Shown piece after piece: positions 36,701 through 39,999 of a DNA stretch of 39,999 nucleotides; position 1 is the stretch's first letter; every line of letters begins with the position of its first letter. A program made the position numbers and the translations under genes. Source of the DNA: Calditrichia bacterium (GTDB lineage Bacteria; Calditrichota; Calditrichia; Calditrichales; Calditrichaceae); the NCBI GenBank assembly GCA_027039465.1, contig JALWEA010000263.1, forward strand, positions 1 through 39,999, in the 5' to 3' direction. The notes under the pieces are model-generated. The model made no database searches and had not been told where the DNA came from. It saw only the letters and a list, made by a program, of their open reading frames with translations.

Positions 36701-37313
36701 TAAAAGCTATTGGAACACCGACGATCCGTTTTGTTACATTGAATCACACACCTGGACGGATCGTTACGGGCCTAAAGGAAAAGCGCGGCAAGTTTGCGTT
36801 TACAGTAATTGCGGGCAGGTGGAATTGAAATGGAACGGCAAATCGTTGGGCATGCGTAAAAAAGATATTCGTAAATTTCCGGCCGAAAACTTGCATTGGC
36901 AGGTGCCGTTCGTTGAAGGGGAAAATCGTTTAATTGCCGTCGGTTTCAAAAACGGTAAACGGGTTGCCAGCGATACGCTATTGATTCATTATCGTTTTAG
37001 TCGGCCAAAGCCACCAGTGAAGTTAAAAGTGAACGCCCGGAAGGTTGGCGCGGCGCTTTTTCGCATCACGGTTTTGGCGGTGGATGCTAAAGGCAGAAGA
37101 AGTTTAAATTACAATAAGCGTGTCTATTTTAGCGCATTGCAGGGCGGTAAGCTGCAGGAAAATTTAGGCACTCCGGACGGCAGTTCGATTATTGAAATGT
37201 CCAACGGAAAAGCGCAGATTCTTTTTCGAAAATATCCCGATCAAAAAGCGGTTGTCGAAGTGCGTAATCAGGATTTTAAGGGAAGCTATTTGGTCTTGCT
37301 CCCTTGGCAGTAA
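33786..37313 (+). CDS. Secreted fusion of a GH88 unsaturated uronyl hydrolase (N-terminal) and a GH2 beta-hexuronidase-like hydrolase (C-terminal)
   Basis: GH88 motifs NDTHDMGF, IIDTMMNLELL, WARGQAW and RDASA; GH2 motifs LPHTWN, HVGGY, VRLAHYPQ, WSLGNE, GWY, AEYG and NEKG. It is a single uninterrupted ORF; the start is ATG 33786 or TTG 33777. Confidence 0.87.
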   Translation: MTKRLLLLIFVFLQFAHSQPTFDAAVKKVADRVWQMEQWRAGRWQLYTENGQWKYRKSVNWLSGFLGGELWNMYRLTGDERFKKSALHFAGSLIPYARKNDTHDMGFIFLPTVVRAFKITGDPKFKKAGLQAAEMLWRRYNRKGHFIRAWGKLGTSKKAGWSIIDTMMNLELLFWASKVSGNPRFAETAYAHAITCMKQHIRPNGSSFHVVIFDPQTGKVLKKQTHQGAADTSTWARGQAWGIYGFATAYHYTRDERFLRSAQRMADFMIAHLPKDGIPFWDLTNPAGRNYRDASAGAVLAAGLYRLASLVHNGSLMLRYQQVADEIMASLIDRYTFWHSSRPEEQGLLIHQVYNYPKGWAVDESYPAGDYYFTEALLTYRQRKHWLKPEAIRQKINLDADWLYLPKDVTELSDLSAFTGDWQRVDLPHTWNRFDAMDGEPGYRRSGSWYKKRLFIPPSLKNKQLWLYFEDANTRCKVWVNGRLVGNHVGGYLGFRMNITPAVALGKENDILVYVSNAYNPDLIPSQKSDFFIYGGLTRDVWLEVLPQIFIEKILISMPEVSLHSAATQVKMTVFSPKKQTVKLDVQVIDDQKNVCLQTVKTSALQTGSNEILVNLPELKNPQLWSPNAPHLYKLKAELKIGNQIVDIFSEIFGYRWFEFKKHGPFYLNGKRLLLRGTHRHEEQAGYGAAMPNDLHRRDMEAIKKMGANFVRLAHYPQDPEVYRACDSLGLLVWDELPWCRGGMGGKTWKENIKRLLKEQILQNFNHPSIIIWSLGNELNWLPDFPNGGNDDSLKAMLRTLNRIAHQLDPSRVTAVRKYKGAVGIVDVFSPSIWAGWYSGVYKNYRKALEKSREEYPRFFHAEYGGASHFGRHDEQVITGEGKIEKSGWEEDEVQTAVKNIARTSDWSENYIVDLFDWHLHVSEQLPWFTGSAQWIFKDFGTPLRPENPIPYVNEKGLMDRAGRPKDAYYVFKSYWNTDDPFCYIESHTWTDRYGPKGKARQVCVYSNCGQVELKWNGKSLGMRKKDIRKFPAENLHWQVPFVEGENRLIAVGFKNGKRVASDTLLIHYRFSRPKPPVKLKVNARKVGAALFRITVLAVDAKGRRSLNYNKRVYFSALQGGKLQENLGTPDGSSIIEMSNGKAQILFRKYPDQKAVVEVRNQDFKGSYLVLLPWQ

Positions 37314-37344
37314 ACATTGACCGATTTTGAGCTTAAATAAATAA

Positions 37345-37372
37345 GGGCAATTTCTGTGAAAAGAAATTGCCC
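37345..37372. terminator. Probable bidirectional terminator between convergent genes, ending the locus
   Basis: gggcaatttct-gtgaaa-agaaattgccc forms a perfect 11-bp stem with AT-rich flanks. Confidence 0.75.
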
Positions 37373-37402
37373 CCGTTTAAAAAATGGACTAAAAAAACCG
37401 TT

Positions 37403-38068
37403 TCAAAAATTAATCCCGAACACCACCTGCAAAATTTTGGCCGGTAGATTCTTCGAAACCGTGCCTTGATGGAACGGTGATGTCTGTTGATATTCGGGAT
37501 AGGCCATGTAATAGCGCACGCCTAAATTAATAAACGTGTATCGAACGCCGCCGCCTATACCATAGGCAAAAGCCTTGCCCAAGCTCATCTCTTCCTTGTA
37601 TTCCTTGAAGTCACCTTGAGTGATAGCATAATAGATATTCGGGTATTTTGAAAGTAACAATCCGCCCTGAATTAGACCGTAAATCGACAACATCGGTCCG
37701 AACGAGTGGGAGTGTGATATACCCGTCATAATCCATGTGGTGAAATAATTGTCCGCGGTTATTCCGTATTCCGAATGTTGATCTTGAAATGCGCCCGCTT
37801 TAAAACTATTATTGGTGAACGAAACCGATGAAATCCAATTAATATGGTATTTTGTGTATTGCACAAATTCTGCCATCAGCCCGATGCCATTATTGGCGAA
37901 TCCGGCTTTTGATCCCTTTGTACTGGAAAATTCACCCTGACTCAACATTACGCCGCCGTACAGGCCGAACCGATGAGTCGGCGCTTTTTTCTTCGGTGGA
38001 TTTTTAGCCAAAGTAACATCGAACAGTAAAAATACAATCATTAAGCTTAATGTCAGAATCTTTTTCAT
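37403..38068 (-). CDS. Small outer-membrane beta-barrel protein (OmpA/OmpW-like size), function unknown
   Basis: AAGGAGG RBS on the minus strand; signal peptide; Gly/aromatic alternating strands; C-terminal VVFGINF. Confidence 0.72.
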   Translation of the reverse strand: MKKILTLSLMIVFLLFDVTLAKNPPKKKAPTHRFGLYGGVMLSQGEFSSTKGSKAGFANNGIGLMAEFVQYTKYHINWISSVSFTNNSFKAGAFQDQHSEYGITADNYFTTWIMTGISHSHSFGPMLSIYGLIQGGLLLSKYPNIYYAITQGDFKEYKEEMSLGKAFAYGIGGGVRYTFINLGVRYYMAYPEYQQTSPFHQGTVSKNLPAKILQVVFGINF

Positions 38069-38283
38069 CTTACCTCCTTCGGATTAAAGCTACGCGTAAA
38101 TTGCATAATTTTTTTCTAAAGATCAACCGAAAGAAATCATTTAAAGCGCGTTTGTTAATGTTTAACCGGGAAAATTCCAATTAAGTTCAATGGCAGAATT
38201 TTATTATTTGCGTGTTGTATCTTTCAATTTTTTGTCGCAATCTAAAGGAGAAATTCGAGCAAAAAATGCAGGAGGGCTAAAGA

Positions 38284-39423
38284 ATGCGTATCGGATTCGT
38301 TAGTTCTTATCCGCCTGTGGAATGCGGCATCGCGACCTATTCCAAGTTTCTGACCGATGCCCTGCGCGATCTCCATCAGGATGTTTACGTGGTATCTCAT
38401 GTCGGGGGCGTTGGCAATCAGGTTTTTCCCGTTTTTGACTATGAAGATGAAGACTTGGCGCATAAAGCTTTTTCAACCATGATTCGTTTTACTCCGGATG
38501 TGGTTCATATTCAGCATGAATTTGGCCTTTACGGGCGATTTTACGGAATGCAGATTATCCCGCTGATTCTACGTTTCAGATTGAGCGGAATACCGGTCGT
38601 TACAACTTTGCATACGGTTTACCGGGAAATGGAAGACGCCCATCGTATTTTACTAAAAAATATTATTGCCAATTCCAATGAAGTCATTGTCCACGAGCAT
38701 TTCCAAAAAGAAGCGCTGCTGACTAATATCTCGGGGCTTTCGGAAGAGCATATTCATGTAATTGAACACGGCGCAAGAGAAGTGGAACCCGTTCCCAATG
38801 CCAAGCAAAAAATCGGCTTACCTGCCAATCGTAAAGTGATTTTGATGATCGGCTATTTTCGACCGAGCAAAAATTTCGAATTGATAATCCGTTTAATGCC
38901 GGAAATTATCAAACGCAACCCGGATGCTATTTTGGTTGTAGCCGGAAAAGTCCGGGGACAGGAATATCGGGACTATCGAACAAAGCTTTTTAAATTAATC
39001 GAAGAATCGCCGGTAAAGGATCACATTTTCGTTATTCGCGGTCAATTGGAGCAGGATGTGTTTGATACGATTTTATCCGCAGCCGATGTGGTCGTTCTGC
39101 CCTATAAAATAAATTCGCAAAGCGGCATTTTAGCCCATAGCTTATCTTTTGCGCGCCCGGTAGTTGTCAGTGAAAGCGGTTCGATGAAAGAAGTAATGAA
39201 ACGTTCCGGCGCGGGCCTGGTTTCCAAGGACGAGAAAGACTACGTTCAAAACATTACCCGGATATTACAGGATGAAAAATTGGCCAAAAAATTTTCCGAA
39301 AATGCTAGGGAATATGTGAAAAATCAAATTTCATGGTCCATTTCGGCCAAAAAACATTTACAAATTTACCAAAGCCTGCTTGAAGAACCGATTTTGGAAT
39401 CGCGTACGATTCGAGTGGAGTAG
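38284..39423 (+). CDS. GT4-family (GT-B fold) glycosyltransferase
   Basis: GGAGG RBS; SSYPPVECGIATYS, VVHIQHEFG, VTTLHT, GYFRPSKN and ADVVVLPY...QSGIL motifs. Confidence 0.88.
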   Translation: MRIGFVSSYPPVECGIATYSKFLTDALRDLHQDVYVVSHVGGVGNQVFPVFDYEDEDLAHKAFSTMIRFTPDVVHIQHEFGLYGRFYGMQIIPLILRFRLSGIPVVTTLHTVYREMEDAHRILLKNIIANSNEVIVHEHFQKEALLTNISGLSEEHIHVIEHGAREVEPVPNAKQKIGLPANRKVILMIGYFRPSKNFELIIRLMPEIIKRNPDAILVVAGKVRGQEYRDYRTKLFKLIEESPVKDHIFVIRGQLEQDVFDTILSAADVVVLPYKINSQSGILAHSLSFARPVVVSESGSMKEVMKRSGAGLVSKDEKDYVQNITRILQDEKLAKKFSENAREYVKNQISWSISAKKHLQIYQSLLEEPILESRTIRVE

Positions 39424-39435
39424 GGAGGTTACGCC

Positions 39436-39999
39436 ATGGAAAAACATTTGCTCAAGCCGTTCAAGCGTTACGAAAAAAATCCCATTTTGAAACGTGAAGA
39501 TATTCCGTACCCTTGTAATACGGTCTTTAATGCGGCGGCCGTTAAGTTTAAAGGAAAATATATTTTGCTTTTACGTGTGGAAGATTTAAGCGGTCACAGC
39601 CATTTAACGCTGGCCTATTCCGACGACGGCTACCATTTTGAAGTGGAAAACAAACCGTGGATCGTTCCGGCCAAAACAGGGCCGTTTGAAGTTTATGAGC
39701 GTTACGGAATCGAAGACCCGCGCATTACGCCGATTGACGGCAAATTTTACATCACTTACACGGCTTTTGGCCCGTACGGTCCGCGGGTCGGTATTGGCGT
39801 TACCGAAGATTTTGAACATTTCGAACGCATTGCTTTGGTGACCGAAGTAGACAATAAAGATGCGGTACTGTTCCCGGAAAAAATAAACGGCCGATACGTG
39901 ATGATTGACAGGCCAGGTGGCTTTGGCGGGGCGCGCGGTGATATTTGGATTCAATTTTCACCGGATCTGATTCATTGGGCGAAGCGCAGGTATTGTTGC
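39436..39999 (+). CDS. GH130-family beta-mannoside phosphorylase/hydrolase, 3'-truncated by the window and absent from the ORF track
   Basis: GGAGG RBS then ATG 39436. Manual translation gives RYEKNPIL...VFNAAAV...LLLRVED...SDDG...GIEDPRIT...YITYTA...NKDAVLFPEKINGRY...RP...IWIQFSPDLIHW. Confidence 0.88.
   Translation, partial: MEKHLLKPFKRYEKNPILKREDIPYPCNTVFNAAAVKFKGKYILLLRVEDLSGHSHLTLAYSDDGYHFEVENKPWIVPAKTGPFEVYERYGIEDPRITPIDGKFYITYTAFGPYGPRVGIGVTEDFEHFERIALVTEVDNKDAVLFPEKINGRYVMIDRPGGFGGARGDIWIQFSPDLIHWAKRRYCC

Noticed and set aside
14841-37313. Reading the locus as a heparin/chondroitin sulfate PUL because of the heparinase, chondroitinase B and GH88 domains
   Set aside because: No sulfatases or kduI are present, while PL17, kdgF, the DEH-type SDR and the PL38-like gene point to alginate. 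Non-sulfated uronans remain possible.
39604-39954. Track ORFs 39604-39954 (-) and 39638-39841 (+)
   Set aside because: Both overlap the GH130 frame starting at 39436, which carries clear family motifs.
1-39999. tRNA, rRNA, transposase, integrase or prophage genes
   Set aside because: None was recognised; intergenic gaps are short and explained by the features listed.

Overview
Bacterial DNA, most likely Calditrichota (Caldithrix-like) or a related FCB-group lineage; this is inferred from the style of the C-terminal sorting domains and the TonB-dependent receptor, not from a marker gene. About 34 kb (3382-37372) is one co-oriented locus for alginate/polyuronate utilisation. It carries a FadR/GntR regulator with a near-consensus sigma70 promoter and a candidate TAATACA-repeat operator, and a complete DEH-to-KDG-to-KDPG route (SDR reductase, PL17, ExuT, KdgF, KdgK, Eda). 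It also encodes PL6, PL38-like and heparinase II/III-like lyases, several secreted beta-helix proteins with T9SS-like C-terminal domains, a DUF4861 lipoprotein and a GH88-GH2 fusion. No susD is present: the TonB-dependent receptor is followed by a CTD-bearing hypothetical protein, a PorV-family barrel and a FadL-like barrel, a candidate non-Sus uptake and surface-display module and the most notable feature here. Flanks are a 5'-truncated VanZ-like gene, a repeat-rich intergenic element and an NhaC-family transporter on the left, and a small outer-membrane barrel, a GT4 and a 3'-truncated GH130 (absent from the ORF track) on the right. All family assignments come from motif recognition by eye; no searches were run.
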